A stretch of DNA of 63,868 bases, filler included, from Octopus bimaculoides (GCF_001194135.2; 5 parts of 5 records of this genome joined end to end with filler, not necessarily neighbours in it); one strand, 5' to 3'; numbered from the whole stretch's first letter, positions 1 to 13,733 are shown. Numbers and translations: made by a program. Notes: generated by a model not told the origin, from the sequence alone.

Positions 1-1387
1 TATATATATATATATATATCCATTTGCTGAAATGAGAAAAGTACTCAAGCCAATTGAGTTGCTTCAGAGGATAGTTACACCGAAATTTATCCGATATATT
101 GAAAACTGAATTTCCATCTCACATGTCGGGGAAACGCCAGAGTAACAGACTACAATTCATGCCAAATAAACTCTATGTGCACGCGCGTGTGTACGTATGT
201 ACATATGTGTGTATTTATGCTTGTATGCATGTATGTATTTATGTGCGTGTAAATGTCTATGTTTAAGTTTGTAGGTATAAATTGATGTTGAGTTGTGTCT
301 GTACATCACAGATAATTTAACCATTCATTCGATAGAAATCGTTAAACGAGGAGTAGACTTATATGTGTACTAGAGTCTGTATGATTGAGTAAAACTCTTG
401 AAAGTGATACCCCAGCATGATCTCAATTTAATGAATAAATCACTAAAAGAATAAAATAATATCAAATAAGATATGTTGCTAAACGAGGTCATTACTTAAT
501 GACATCGATGAAGTTAATTTAAAAAAACATAGATTAACTATTTCAAAAAATAAAAATAAAAAACGATAAATGATTTTAAATAAAACACACTAAACAATAT
601 AAAGATGACAAAATCATCTCAGAACTGATTTGTCATCTCCATGAACGCTTTGTTACGGCGACAGCTTCATTATGTGAAATGAAGATAATTGCTTAACTTT
701 CGAAGTCAATTAATAATGCTAAAGATATTGTCATTTTAACTCAATAAAATCTTTAAATGCAAAATAATTATCTGAAAGAAGTTGATATGTTATGGAAACA
801 TTTTAGCAAATGAAGTTACCGATGCTGGTCTTGCTGTCATTTCAATGCTTCAAAAATTGTTTCTTAATAGCAAAAACAAATTTACCGTTACATCCGTTAG
901 ATAATGAACTCCTAAACGCTTACCACATTTACTAAAGTAGATTTGAAAACCAAGAACAAAAAACATCAATAAAAGCAATAACAGTCTACCAAAATACACA
1001 GTACAATATAATGCATGGATAGTCTTTTAGTTTAAAAAATGTTTGGCTTAATTGAATAACGTTGAAACTTCTATTTATTATTCTAGAACCGATGAGACAT
1101 TGCCATTTTTCAGTTGACATTAACTGGTTAATAAAAACAAAATTTAACTCCGGAAAAAATCATAAGTATATATCACAACTTCCCAGCATGGCGCCACACA
1201 AAATAAGAAAATGCGTAGTTTCGTATTATGATTAATACTTTTCACTTGAATGTTGATAAATGTGAACAAATGAGGATGTATTCTATAACAACCAAATACA
1301 ATTATGTCTGCATGTATATGTGAGTGAATACAGGAATGGTTATCGGTGAGATGGATAAGCATAAATGAATGATGTATGTATGTTAGT

Positions 1388-1482
1388 TTGTATCTATGTA
1401 TGTATGTATGTATGTATGTATGTATGTATGTATGAATGTATGTATGTATGTATGTATGAATGTATGTATGTATGTATGTATG
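1388..1482. repeat. (TATG)n microsatellite
   Basis: Direct observation. Confidence 0.95.
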
Positions 1483-1608
1483 CATACGCTCAGATTTGTA
1501 TGTTTTGTTTTATGTATGTCTTTTCGTGCATACACTTGCATATATAGACATGGTCATATATACTTAAATGTATGTATGTATATATGTATGAATATATGTG
1601 TGTGTGTG

Positions 1609-1660
<52 letters not shown>

Positions 1661-2865
1661 NNNNNNNNNNNNNNNNNNNNNNNNNNNNNNNNNNNNNNNN
1701 NNNNNNNNNNNNNNNNNNNNNNNNNNNNNNNNNNNNNNNNNNNNNNNNNNNNNNNNNNNNNNNNNNNNNNNNNNNNNNNNNNNNNNNNNNNNNNNNNNNN
1801 NNNNNNNNNNNNNNNNNNNNNNNNNNNNNNNNNNNNNNNNNNNNNNNNNNNNNNNNNNNNNNNNNNNNNNNNNNNNNNNNNNNNNNNNNNNNNNNNNNNN
1901 NNNNNNNNNNNNNNNNNNNNNNNNNNNNNNNNNNNNNNNNNNNNNNNNNNNNNNNNNNNNNNNNNNNNNNNNNNNNNNNNNNNNNNNNNNNNNNNNNNNN
2001 NNNNNNNNNNNNNNATACATGAGAGAGCTGGGCGTTCCGTAATCTAAAAAAATTTTCAAAATCGTTATTTTCAAAATGAGAATCGCTATTTTTGCAATCT
2101 TTAATGTCCTGTTTGTTCCGCCATTAAAACAACCAGTTGCTCAGACAGCCGGCCTATACCATTTCGCTAACAACAAGGGGAGTAGACGATGATAGTCAGC
2201 CAAAAATGTCGCTATGCTGTCTCTTTTCTTTCCTCTCTCTGTGGGTTTAATAATCTTAATCTTTAGTTACAGTTTCTCATTCAAACCACATAATAGGCAG
2301 AATTGTCGGATTAAGACAGTAGGGTGTTTTGAGGGAGATTTGGCTGCTATTTCTACCAGGTCTTACGTCTGTATTATGTGACACACTGTCCTATATATTA
2401 TATATTCCTTATGCTTTCCAAAACCGAGTTACAAGTTTTGACGTATGGGGTATCAACAGATTCAGTACTATTTTGGCTACAAATTAAAATTAATTTTCAT
2501 TCACATATTTGCATTTCAAAAGTTTAACATAATCTTTTCCATAAATCAACTATCGTAAAAGTGTTAAAAAACGTCAATCATCACACCTTCACTCACTCAC
2601 TCTATCTCTCTTTCTCACCCTCTTTCTCTCTCACATACACACACGCAAGCACGCACGCGCACACACACATACGCACACACGTCCATTTCATATAGACGTA
2701 CATACATCTTTCCCTTTCTTTCTCTGTTCTTTTCGATTTATCTTCTTTCAATTTCTGCTCTCTTGAAATAAATTTTTTACGGATACAACTGCTTACAAAA
2801 ATAGGAATTAATGTATAATTCCTTTCTATGTTGATAATTTTTTTGTTTACAATATTGGGAAAAAT

Positions 2866-3819
2866 ATGCCACCAAAGGAAAGACATAATCTCTCCAGAAA
2901 CTAGTATAAAGCAAGGAGGATTGTAGAAAACCGAACGCGAGAGTCTGAAGAGACAAGCTAGATGAGATTTTCTCAACATCAGCAAATGCATGTTGCAGCA
3001 CTTAATGCTGGATCATTAAATCAATGTTTTAATGATTAGACAGAGATCCAATAGAATAGCTCTCAGAAACAGACTACGTACAAATTCGTTCTTCACTACT
3101 CCTGAATCTGTTTTCAGATATGATCCATCTCATTCTCATAAAAATAATAACTCTGTCCAAGCTGGTGTGCTAAACACAAATTGCCTTTTCTGTAGAGCTT
3201 TAAAATTTTCAAATGAAACAAATGGTATGTGCTGCTCAGGTGGTCATATAACACTTCCAGCACTACCAGCTCCTTCTCAACCTCTTACGGATCTTCTAGA
3301 CGGCATTTCCATCCAGTCAAAGGATTTTCTGAACAATATCAGACAATACAACCCTGAAAATGACATCGTTTGGTGCATCTAAGAAGATAGATAAATATGA
3401 ATTTACGATGACGTCAAGGGAAAGTCTATCACCTCATTGGTTCCCTGTTACCCATAAATGAACAACCACAGTTTCTCCAAATTTATTTTGAGTGATGTAG
3501 GACAACAAACCCGAAGGAGGTGTCAACATTTCAGATGATGGGTCGTGTTAGACACAGCGCCGACTGCTGCAAAAGAGAGTATATCCACTGACAGCTTCTC
3601 GGTGCGTTCAAGAATCACATAACCCCCACAGGTTAGGGCCTGAAATACTCCAAACAGACGCATAGCATGTTGCTTAGTCGAATTAGTCCATCATTTACTC
3701 CACAAATGTTTTGTTGTCAATACTGCACTTTCCCATATCACCTGTTTCAACATAACTATAATATATTATATACAAACTATGCCGTTTTAATCCCAAGCAA
3801 CACCGGGTGTCTCTGCTAG
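2866..3819 (+). mobile_element. Helitron deletion derivative (RepHel N-terminal remnant plus 3' terminus)
   Basis: Frameshifted translation MPPK...CLFCRALKFSNETNGMCCSGGHITLP...FLNNIRQYN, then MTSFGA...VYHLIGSLLP...FLQIYF, typical of Helitron RepHel N-termini. Degenerate 3' hairpin CCCAAGCAACACCGGG (3792-3807) followed by CTAG|T at 3816-3820. Confidence 0.85.
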
Positions 3820-5017
3820 TATATATATATATATGTATATATATATNNNNNNNNNNNNNNNNNNNNNNNNNNNNNNNNNNNNNNNNNNNNNNNNNNNNNN
3901 NNNNNNNNNNNNNNNNNNNNNNNNNNNNNNNNNNNNNNNNNNNNNNNNNNNNNNNNNNNNNNNNNNNNNNNNNNNNNNNNNNNNNNNNNNNNNNNNNNNN
4001 NNNNNNNNNNNNNNNNNNNNNNNNNNNNNNNNNNNNNNNNNNNNNNNNNNNNNNNNNNNNNNNNNNNNNNNNNNNNNNNNNNNNNNNNNNNNNNNNNNNN
4101 NNNNNNNNNNNNNNNNNNNNNNNNNNNNNNNNNNNNNNNNNNNNNNNNNNNNNNNNNNNNNNNNNNNNNNNNNNNNNNNNNNNNNNNNNNNNNNNNNNNN
4201 NNNNNNNNNNNNNNNNNNNNNNNNNNNNNNNNNNNNNNNNNNNNNNNNACATACATCAATATTTTTATTTCGCAAACATATCCTCAACGTACGGCATTGG
4301 AATTTTTCTGTAGTATTCCTTCTACATAAATGTATATATATAGTTTAGTGCGCACACTAAACCGAAAATAAGGCGAAAATGATTTTTGATCAACCGAGTT
4401 TAGGGGCGGGGGGGGGTTACGATGATTTTTGAAAATAGCATGAATATCATATAATCGCCCTTCTTTGTTCTATTAATATAGGATTTTATGCTCAATGAAA
4501 AAGTTTATGGGAAAATTCATTAATCCTGTTGAATATCCCACCACTAAAATTATGCAAACGTCGATTAAAATCACATTTAAAACGAGGGATTTCAATTGCT
4601 AATGAAATTGTCGCAAAAAACAGGGAAAGTATCATAATCAAATCGACTACGTTACTGTATTATCCTATGTTAGTAATGATGTTCTGAATTGCAGTTTTAT
4701 AATGACAACAGAAAAATCAAATGACTAAATGAATAACAACAACAATATTGTCTGGTTGCAGACGTCTGTCATTTACATAGCCTAAGAAGGCCGAAACCAC
4801 GTGATCGGGCAGTTCCAGCAACCGCAGCGGACGGTTCTCGTCTGCCTGCGATATAAACATGAATGCTTTTAGGTACCACAAATCCATTGGAGAGATTTCC
4901 TCATGCTAAATAACGCTGTATTCTGTGTTCTAACACATCCACTTTTAAGTAGGAGATAAATATTACTTTTTGATATTAATATCAATACTGCTTCTGTCGC
5001 TATTGACAATTAATTAT

Positions 5018-5060
<43 letters not shown>

Positions 5061-5061
<1 letters not shown>

Positions 5062-5276
5062 CCTTTCTACTATAGGCACAAGGCCTGGATTTTTGTGGGG
5101 AGCGGGACAATCGATCACATCGACTTCAGTACTTGACTGGTACTTAATTTATAGACCTCGAAAGGATGAAAGGCAAAGTCGATCTCAGTGGAATTTGAAC
5201 TCAAAACATAGGGACGAGTGAAATATCGCTAAGCATTTCGCTCGGCGTGCTAACGATTCTGCCAGCTCACCGCCTT
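5061..5276 (-). mobile_element. SINE family B
   Basis: Reverse complement of the 62244 family, between (AAT)n tracts. Further copies at ~7975, 10132, 15160, 43850, 51605 and 60958. Confidence 0.85.
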
Positions 5277-5289
5277 AATAATAATAATA

Positions 5290-5582
5290 GGCTCTCCCGT
5301 CGTTAGACGACGTATGAGGGCTCTGCAAGTTCTTGCTGAACAACCACACAGATGATTTGTTTTCAGTGGTCAAATGTTTTTGTGTTCACATATGCTCACT
5401 CTCTCCATCAGATCGACATTACTTGTACAGGTGCACGACAGGCCACATGTCAGATGGCATTGCAAAGCAATGTGAAATGAAGTGTTATGCTCAAAATAAA
5501 ATACGACGTAACACTCGGTCTGCGAATCGAAACCACGATCTCGCAGTCATGAGTGCAACACCCTAAGCACTAAGCTATGAGC
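5290..5582 (-). mobile_element. tRNA-headed SINE (family D)
   Basis: Minus strand AGCTTAGTGCTTAGGG...GTGGTTTCGATTCGC head followed by GAGCATAACACTTCATTTCACATTGCT. Confidence 0.6.
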
Positions 5583-5639
5583 TTTAATGCAACTGGAATT
5601 AAAAAGTTACGTTGATATTTTTGATTTTAAACAAATTAC

Positions 5640-6045
5640 TTTCGACTTGCCAAGCTATTCGTTGTTTCCTTCAAACAATTCATCGTTGACAGAGAGAAAA
5701 AGACCATGAAAAGTCCAATCGTAAGAAGAGCAAAAGTGAATAAAAGTCCCCGAAGACTACAAACAAAAATTGTTATGCAGATACTTGAAACAAAACTAAA
5801 CGGCAGTAATATCAAGTGAATTAATGCTTGTGTCATGCTACTGCTGAGATATTCTGCTCCTCTTTTTAAAGCGCTCAAAGGCAGAAGTACATAAACTGGA
5901 CAGAAGAACTAGGGAACTACACAAAATAATAACGCACAGCACTATTGAGGTAGTACCAACAGGCTTTATTTACCAAGAAGGGAAGAAGGCAAAGTTTTGT
6001 TAAATATAGAAAACATTAATGAAGGATCAGGGAATATAATGTGCA
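5640..6045 (+). mobile_element. R4/Dong-like non-LTR retrotransposon RT/thumb fragment
   Basis: Degenerate translation LRYSA...KLDRRTREL and RLYLPRREEGKVLLNIE, matching the R2/R4-group 'DRLYLPRKEGGRGL' region. Confidence 0.75.
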
Positions 6046-9000
6046 TAGTGAAGAAAGATAGTTATCTGCGACTAGAAATATCATGGAAATTCTTGAAACA
6101 CACACATATATGCTTACATACATTCACTCACACACAAATACATACGTACACGCACACACTTATATACATAGGCACGGCTACACTGTCATATTTGGTCATA
6201 ATTAGTTAATATTAATACTAATATTAATGAGTAAAACTCTCTTCATATGTTATTAATGTATTCACATAACAGCCAGAAGCATATTTCCTGCCTTGCGTAA
6301 ATTAATCTCTACCTACTTACTAATCTAGCTACTTAGCGATGTATTTATTTGCTTATCTTGTGTGTCTAGTTGACATGTATATCATTATTTGACTTTACAT
6401 AGATCAAGAACTAAAACGAGATCAAGTAGATCATATTATTTTGACACTGGCTAATTTGATTATTCTTAACTTCTTGAGCAAGATAAAATTAAAAGGTTAT
6501 CTGTCTTCAACAGGATGATATGCAATAGATGTTATTGACTTTTTAATTACAAAAAAAAAAAACTCTATTAAAATTATCTGAACAGTTTAGAGTTTTTCAG
6601 ATAGCTTTAAACAGGCTTAAATTATTTTACTATTGAAAACCGGATGTCTCCTGAGAATTAAACCGCCTAAATAAACACTTATAATAACAAAAGTATCTCA
6701 TTTGTATTTCTTCTGACACCACTTGTGTTTTCGTTATCTGACTTTAATTTACTCATGTTTACCATGGTGGTATTGAAATAAGAAACATATTTAGAGTTGA
6801 GATTTATGTATAAAATGAGTAAATTTAATTATGAAAGTCTAGGATTTCGTATTAATTTCAAATGATATCCAAGGACTTTTCAAAGGACAAAATTCATGTC
6901 AGAGAATAATGTAATTAGTTTTCGCTCATATTAAAAAAAAATCTACCTTTATTCACTGATGGAGATTTTACTGCATAATTTCCGAGTAGAAAACAATATA
7001 TTTAAAGCAGATGCAGTTACTAAACTGCTTTCAATTACTAGTACATTTGAACTAAAAAAAAATATCAAAGTCTACAAAATGATCTCAAAAGTTAAAACAG
7101 TGTGTCAGACTAGATAACTATTTGATAGGTCTGGATGTGAAAAGATAATTAGAGTTTCTGCTGAGCTTTTGGGGGTTAAAACCTCAATTTAATGAGAGAT
7201 AAAACATAAACTAGTAACTAATTGCAGTTTGGAGCCAATTTAGATTTGTTTATTAAATATAGTATTATCAATGTTATATGGTCGCTCACAAAGTTACAAA
7301 CAATTTATAGACATCAGTTGAAGTAAACTTGCTTGCATAAATAAGTGAAATATCAATTCTACGAAGTACTATGCAGCAATTAAGTTAATTGTGTACATGA
7401 AAATATATTTATATTTCAATGTAAATTTTATTTGAAGTTAATTGGATAATGGAACTTTCAAGCATGCTTGAGTTCTTTACCAATCATAATACAATGTTGT
7501 TAAATTTTCAGTTCAAACGCTCAGTACACTGTACTAACATTCAGATATGGCACTTTCATTTTATAATCTACCACTAAAAGGAGCCTGATTTTCGCAAATT
7601 AATTGAGGTATACATTAAACTTCCTCTAATTCTGATTATGTTTAAACTATTACAGTCTTATAGGACAATACTCTTATGCAGAACATATTTGACAAATATT
7701 TTCAAATTTTCTTACATCTTCAGTAATTCTAGTCCGTTCCTTTGAATTCGTAGATACCAACATGTTAATGAGGCGTTTACTCAAAGACAAGTTGGTCCTG
7801 TAATCATTATCAGTTTTTATAAATTATTTTATCAAGCCATGATACATTTCCGACACATAATCATCGAAGAATTAAATTCTATAGGCATTTTTTCTTTGGC
7901 CCTAGGGCTTTTAAAGTCAGTTATCCGGTTTCCATGGTGTTATAAGTAACCGAGATCAAAAAAGTCCTCAATGGTCCACTGCAGTAATTTTGAGAGGAGA
8001 GGCCATGTTGATTACAGCGACCCCACTAGTTCACTCATATTTAATTTCATCGAATGAAAAACAAAGGTGACGTCAGAGAAATTTAAGCTCAGAACATAAA
8101 GAGCCGGAAGAAATGCCGCCCGACGTGCTGACAATTCTGCCGACTCGCCGCCTTTCCTAAAGGCAAATGCCGACCCTAAAAGGAGATAATGTGACTGATA
8201 CATCCAAACTATTCATCTTTGATTTCAAAACATGATTCCAAAGCATATTCATCTCTGATTCCAAAACATGATAATAATAAACAAACTAATAATATTAATG
8301 AGAAAAAAATGGCTAAAGTTCCACGTTCTCACTTGTCACTTATTCATAAATATAAGTTTTCGAAGTCTGGAATTATTTCTATCTATTATAAGAGTAAACT
8401 GCTCTGCTGTTCTCATTCAATAAGTGTGAAATAAATTTTTCATTTTATGAGGTATGTCAATACTTCTGAAGTTGTTCTTAGGGGAAAAAAATGTTGATAA
8501 TTTTTTAAATATTTTTTCTTATATACTCTGTGCATAACTGTAATAAATTTTAATTTTCTTTTCAGTAATACTGTTTGTTTTGTTTATTTTAATTCTATAT
8601 ATCATTCCATATCGTCACTTTCTTCAAATATTTAAACTTATTTGAGCTGACTGCAAGTCAAGAGTTCTGTCTACAGATGTCAACAATGTTAAACCATAAT
8701 CTGTAGTCAAGTTCTTGTATGCCTTGTAAATAATGAAAATATTATCAAATGACAGAAGTGAAATACACCTAATGTGTTATACGAGAGTAAAAAAAAACAT
8801 AGCTCATAAAACTATCTTTGTGCCGTATAAATTTTTCCATATGGTACTAAAAGTAATTAGGTTCTAGGAGTAAGATACTGAATGTGATAAGTAGAAGCAA
8901 ATAATGTTATTTTCAAACTCATGATACTTTTTTTCTTTTTTTTTTGCGAATACAATTTGAAATGGGGAAAAATATCGAGCCCTTTCTACTTTCAGAGTTT

Positions 9001-9439
9001 AAATAGTTAAATATAGAATTTTTGTATTTTTGCAGTACTGAAACAGAAACTTAATTTATCGTCATCGGAAGGATGAAAGGCCAAGATCGCTGTGCATTCG
9101 TTGTTCCAGGTAAAATATGTACGAAGCTTTAATGTACAGGATCGCTAAAATCTGTAATAACTCTACTTCATGCTGTCTATGTCAAAAACAAAACAAAACA
9201 ATCATTGTTATCAGGCCAGGTCAACTATTTCTAATGCCAGATCAACTATTTACATATGATAAATAATAATGTTTTTTTTAAATAATTAATTAAAAAATGG
9301 GTTGAAAATTTGCATTTTCTTATTGCGTCAGTTATAAGTATGCAATGGCCCAGTGGTTAGGGCAGCGGACTCGCGGTCNNNNNNNNNNTAAAAAATGGGT
9401 TGAAAATTTGCATTTTCTTATTGCGTCAGTTATAAGTAT

Positions 9440-9880
9440 GCAATGGCCCAGTGGTTAGGGCAGCGGACTCGCGGTCACAGGATCACGGTTTCGATTCCCA
9501 GACCGGCCATTGTGAGTTTTTATTGAGCGAAAACACCTAAAGTTCCACGAGGCTCTGACAGGGGATGGTGGCGAACCCTGCTGTACTCTTTCACCACAAT
9601 TTTCTCTCACTCTTACTTCCTGTTTCTGTTGTGCCTGTAATTCAAAGGGTCAGCCTTGTCACACTGTGTCACGCTGAATATCCCCGAGAACTACGTTAAG
9701 GGAACANNNNNNNNNNGTCACACTGTGTCACGCTGAATATCCCCGAGAACTACGTTAAGGGAACACGTGTCTGTGGAGTGGTCAGCCACTTGCACGTTAA
9801 TTTCACGAGCAGGCTGTTCCGTTGATCGGATCAACTGGAACCCTCGACGTTGTAAGCAACGGAGTGCCAACAACAACAAG
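9440..9880 (+). mobile_element. tRNA-derived SINE family C
   Basis: A box TGGCCCAGTGGTTAGGG and B box GGTTTCGATTCC. The body CAAAGGGTCAGCCTTGTCACA...GGAGTGCC is shared with 49757-50060 and 14275-14400 (-). Confidence 0.8.
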
Positions 9881-10660
9881 TACGATTATATTGCTTACTG
9901 CGTTTTAGTATTAAACAAGTAAAATTCTTAAAGAAAGAAACAAGTTATAATTAGTAGTTTTGGTTGTCTGGCCTGGAAGAAAACTGAAATTTTAGCTATT
10001 ATTTTACATTCAGAACTTAGGTATTAATGTTTTATCAGTTACATAAAGGAGGTGTACTTAGGGCATCAATTGCCCTTAATCCAGCTCAGATTTTCATTAC
10101 ATAACTATTCTTATAATTAAACTAATAATAAGAGCAGTGAGCTGGCAGAAACGTTAACACACCGGAGAAAATGCTTAGAGGCATTTTATCCGTCTTTACA
10201 TTCTGAGTTCAAATTCACCGACTTCGGCTTTGTGTGTAGATGAAATACTTTCAATTTGCGCACTGCAGTCGATGTAGTCGGCTTGCCCTACTTTTGGTGC
10301 GAAATGCATTCTTATTTACATCGGCGCTGGAGATGGCGGGAATTTGTCTACCCGCTTGCGATATAAACAAGAGTGCATTTTGCACTGATGCCAATATGAG
10401 AGCTTCCCTAATGGAATCTACCGCAGTATAGTTTCTTCTAACAATACATTCACGTTTAAGTTTAAAATTACCTCTCGGTATTAATATTGTTTCTATCGCT
10501 AATATATTTTTTAATGCAAAAGAAGGCATGACTATGCCGCCAGAATGGTTTACTAAGTGCTATGTAACAATACAGTTCTATATTTAAGAGATGAAGAATT
10601 ATGTACATTATTTACATTATTTACATTTGGCGGATATTTTTCCTCATCTTATTTGTTGTT

Positions 10661-10706
10661 AACACAACGTTTCGGCTGATATACCCTCCAGCCTTCATCA
10701 GGTGTC
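10661..10706 (-). ncRNA. Minimal type-I hammerhead ribozyme motif
   Basis: Minus strand GACAC-CTGATGA-AGGCTG-GAGGGTATAT-CAGCC-GAAAC-GTT-GTGTT: intact core, stem II GGCTG/CAGCC, stem I GACAC/GTGTT and palindromic ACGT stem III. Confidence 0.8.
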
Positions 10707-10868
10707 TTGGGGAAATTTCGAAACTGGGTTCTCATTCTCATACTATTATTATTATTATTACTATTATTATTATTGTTGTTGTTGTTGTTATTATTCAGGT
10801 CACTGCCTGGAATCGAACTCGAAATCTTGGGGTTAGTAGCTCGCGCTCTTAACCACTACACCATATGC

Positions 10869-10911
<43 letters not shown>

Positions 10912-10956
10912 CGAAAATACTTTAGGAATGAGAACGCAGGTTCGAAATTTCCCCAA

Positions 10957-11002
10957 AACACCTGATGAAGGCTGGAGGGTATATAAGCCGAAACGTTGCG
11001 TT
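10957..11002 (+). ncRNA. Hammerhead ribozyme motif (inverted partner of 10661-10706)
   Basis: AACAC-CTGATGA-AGGCTGGAGGGTATATAAGCC-GAAAC-GTT-GCGTT, with single mismatches in stems I and II. Confidence 0.7.
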
Positions 11003-11064
11003 AACAACAAACAAGATGAGGACAAATATCGGTCAATTGTAAATAATGTAAATAATGTACTATG

Positions 11065-11520
11065 TAAGAAGTTTGGATTGGAAAAGATGAGAAAATGATA
11101 TGAACATTAACCCGGATATGTGGAAGAAAATGAGACAGCAAAAATATTTTGGGACTTCATGATCCAATGTAATCATAGAATCGAACACCGAAAACCTAAT
11201 ACTGTGCAGGTAAACAAGAGAGGAAAATCATGCCTGATAATAGAAACTGCGTTCTCAGGACTGTAGAATCGCGGAAAAGGAAGAAAAACTGATACGATAT
11301 GAGACTCTGAAGAGAGAAATCAAAAGGCTACATAGCCAATAAAAATGGTATATATATATATATTGTACCAGTAATCGTTGGTGTCCGAGGTACAGTGAGC
11401 AAAGAAATTGAAAATTAATTGGAAAAGATAGGCATAAAAATGAAAATGAAGCACATCGAAACAGCAGTACTGGCTGTGCAGGGAATCCCCACAGAGTACA
11501 CGAGACTTGATAAGAATATA
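11065..11520 (+). mobile_element. R4/Dong-like restriction-like endonuclease (REL) fragment
   Basis: ENETAKIFWDFMIQCNHRIEHRKPN (P-D motif region), CLIIE, EKEEKLIRYETLKREI and IVPVIVGVRGTV. Confidence 0.8.
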
Positions 11521-13687
11521 CCACCTTAGTTCACAAGAAATGAACAGCTGGCATATTAATGACACCTCCAGCAACAGCTGAATATGTTAGATGTGATGGT
11601 GATAATGATAATAAAGAGTTGGAAATCATCACAAAGGATTAGGGTAACCCACCTTAATCTCCAGGCAGTTGCTCTTTTATCGATTATAATCTCCAATCAG
11701 AATGCCATTGGTGGTTCTTTCAGATATAATAGTTTCGCCACTTCTGTCCACTTTCCATTCAAATGACTAGAAGCCAGATCTTCCCTCCCCAACTTGACTT
11801 TCCAATTCAAGTAGGAGATATAATCACTAATTAGCTGTGCAATATTGTACATTATTAAAATAATATTAATCATTACATCAATGTTGCCTTTTCCTCACTG
11901 CATAATTATTTTCAATTAGGTTTTTTATGCTCACGGCATAAAAATTTCTATTCACAACTGAAAGTTATTCATACGATTACGTACTTTATTAATTGAGGAA
12001 GATATTAAATTGCATCAAATTTCAAATACTTCTAAACTGTTAGAAACCTAAACGACAATATTTGTTACTCAGAATAACTTTGACATAAATATTTTGCAGT
12101 TTTCTTTTAACTTCAGTGACACTACTATTTATTTGACGCTAATTTAACCATTATTTTTCATGTAAAACCATCTCTGAATAATCAGCTTCAGTAATCTATT
12201 AATTTTTTTAATATATTAACTTTTTCACTCCCACTGTATACAATATTGTATAACTACATGTTAATTTTCTAATCACAACTTCGAAGATACCTATGCTCCG
12301 CCGAAGAGTCTAACGATTGCTATCTTCCGAACTTAATGAAATTATAAAAAAATGTTAGTCATTGACATTCTCAATTTCGTCCTACAACTGATAACTAAAT
12401 TCTGAGCCGTAATTCATCTCTTCATACATCAACTTTAAGACTCTTCTCATCACGCTGATTTTAACCAAATTTAGCTACAACTAAAAATTGACCCGAACCA
12501 AATTAATCGATATTACAAGATGATAAAAGCTGACAGGATACTAGATTTGTGTGTAGTGATATAAGTTCGTTTTATTGAATACACCAGACGAATTTCTATC
12601 AGCATATCCAATTTAAGAAACGAGAATCGCATCAATTAATTTTCCAACGTTCTTGGTAAATATTTATTTTCGGCAAAAATTTATGGCCTTTACAGCACTA
12701 CAAGATTGTGGGTTTTAAAGGGAACTGATTTCAAGTATATTTCTTTCATGCGAATCATAGATTACGTCTCCTTTCTCTTAAGATAACGAATTTATAATGA
12801 AAACGATATAACGTAAGAAACTATTTTGAAACTAATAAAATACAAAAAGAGACACTTCAAATGAAATTAACTCATCAATTTTATGTGAATACGATTTTGC
12901 AAATATAAAGATGCTTTGACAGCATAGCGTTAATGAGATTTCATAGCGCATTTAAGAAACTTGAGTATAAATGTAGCAGGCAGCTCTCTAACAATACCGT
13001 ATAGAAAAAGCATTCAACGAATGATTCGCCAGCTGGAACGAATAATTAGATGAACTAATACTAAACACGCCTACTTGAATTACTATTGCACACGTCATAA
13101 TTACTTTACAATTCTGAATCTTTTCCATTTTACACCTATTTATTTATCTCTAATGTCGAACAATTTTGTTAGTAGTAGTTTGGGTGTCGAAAGAATCATT
13201 AATTTAAAGGTTTTTATCACTCTCTTCTTTTGAAGACTGACTAATATTTTCCATGCCACTGGGGATTCTAAATAAATACAGGCAGATGTTTTTAGGATTC
13301 TTATTCGTTCATTTAATTTTTTTTTTCCTTTCTCTTTAAGGTTATTCAAGATATTGAAAACCAGATATTTTGTTGTTTTTATTTTCTTCGACAAACACAA
13401 ATGCTTTCAACTGGAAAATTATTTTGTGTTTAAATCAACGAGTTACAAAATATTTCCACAATACTAAAAAACCGTCAACAGAATTTGGTGGTAAACATCT
13501 GAACTTCAGAGAATAGAAAATTAATTCAGTTTTAGGGAAAGGGTTGGTCTATGTCTTTGTGTGTGTGTATGTGTAAGTGAGTGTTTTGTGTGTGTATGTG
13601 TGTGTGGGTGGGTGGGTGTGCGTGTGCATGTGCGTGTGTGAGTATGTGTCTGTGTAAGCGAGTGTTGTGTGTCTGTGTAAACGAGTG

Positions 13688-13733
<46 letters not shown>

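Larger units (their letters stand above)
10574..11062. mobile_element. Palindromic PLE-like cassette: inverted hammerhead-bearing arms around a tRNA-like SINE head
   Basis: 10597-10745 and 10921-11062 are inverted repeats. The centre 10795-10866 is a tRNA-like head on the minus strand (TGGTGTAGTGGTTAAGAGC...GTTCGATTCC), flanked by (ATT)n and (AAT)n. Confidence 0.75.

Noticed and set aside
1144-2074. Long ORFs such as [10 protein letters not shown]..., MYVCMYVC... and X-filled ORFs throughout the track
   Set aside because: Translations of (TATG)n, (TG)n and (TA)n microsatellites or N gaps; not genes.
4843-4870. 28-nt TATA-containing motif (GCGATATAAACA) similar to 10353-10380
   Set aside because: A short match with five mismatches, no extended homology and no downstream ORF; not clearly above chance in 64 kb.
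5636-5878. 80-aa hydrophobic minus-strand ORF resembling a membrane protein
   Set aside because: Antisense of an A-rich R4-like retrotransposon fragment.
8068-8075. TGACGTCA CRE palindrome
   Set aside because: Lies within a decayed SINE-B copy at the position of the consensus GTCGACCTCGG; likely mutational.
9290-9770. Direct duplications flanking 10-N gaps (9290-9378 vs 9389-9476; ~9657-9707 vs 9718-9762)
   Set aside because: Identical sequence on both sides of short gaps indicates unmerged contig overlaps.
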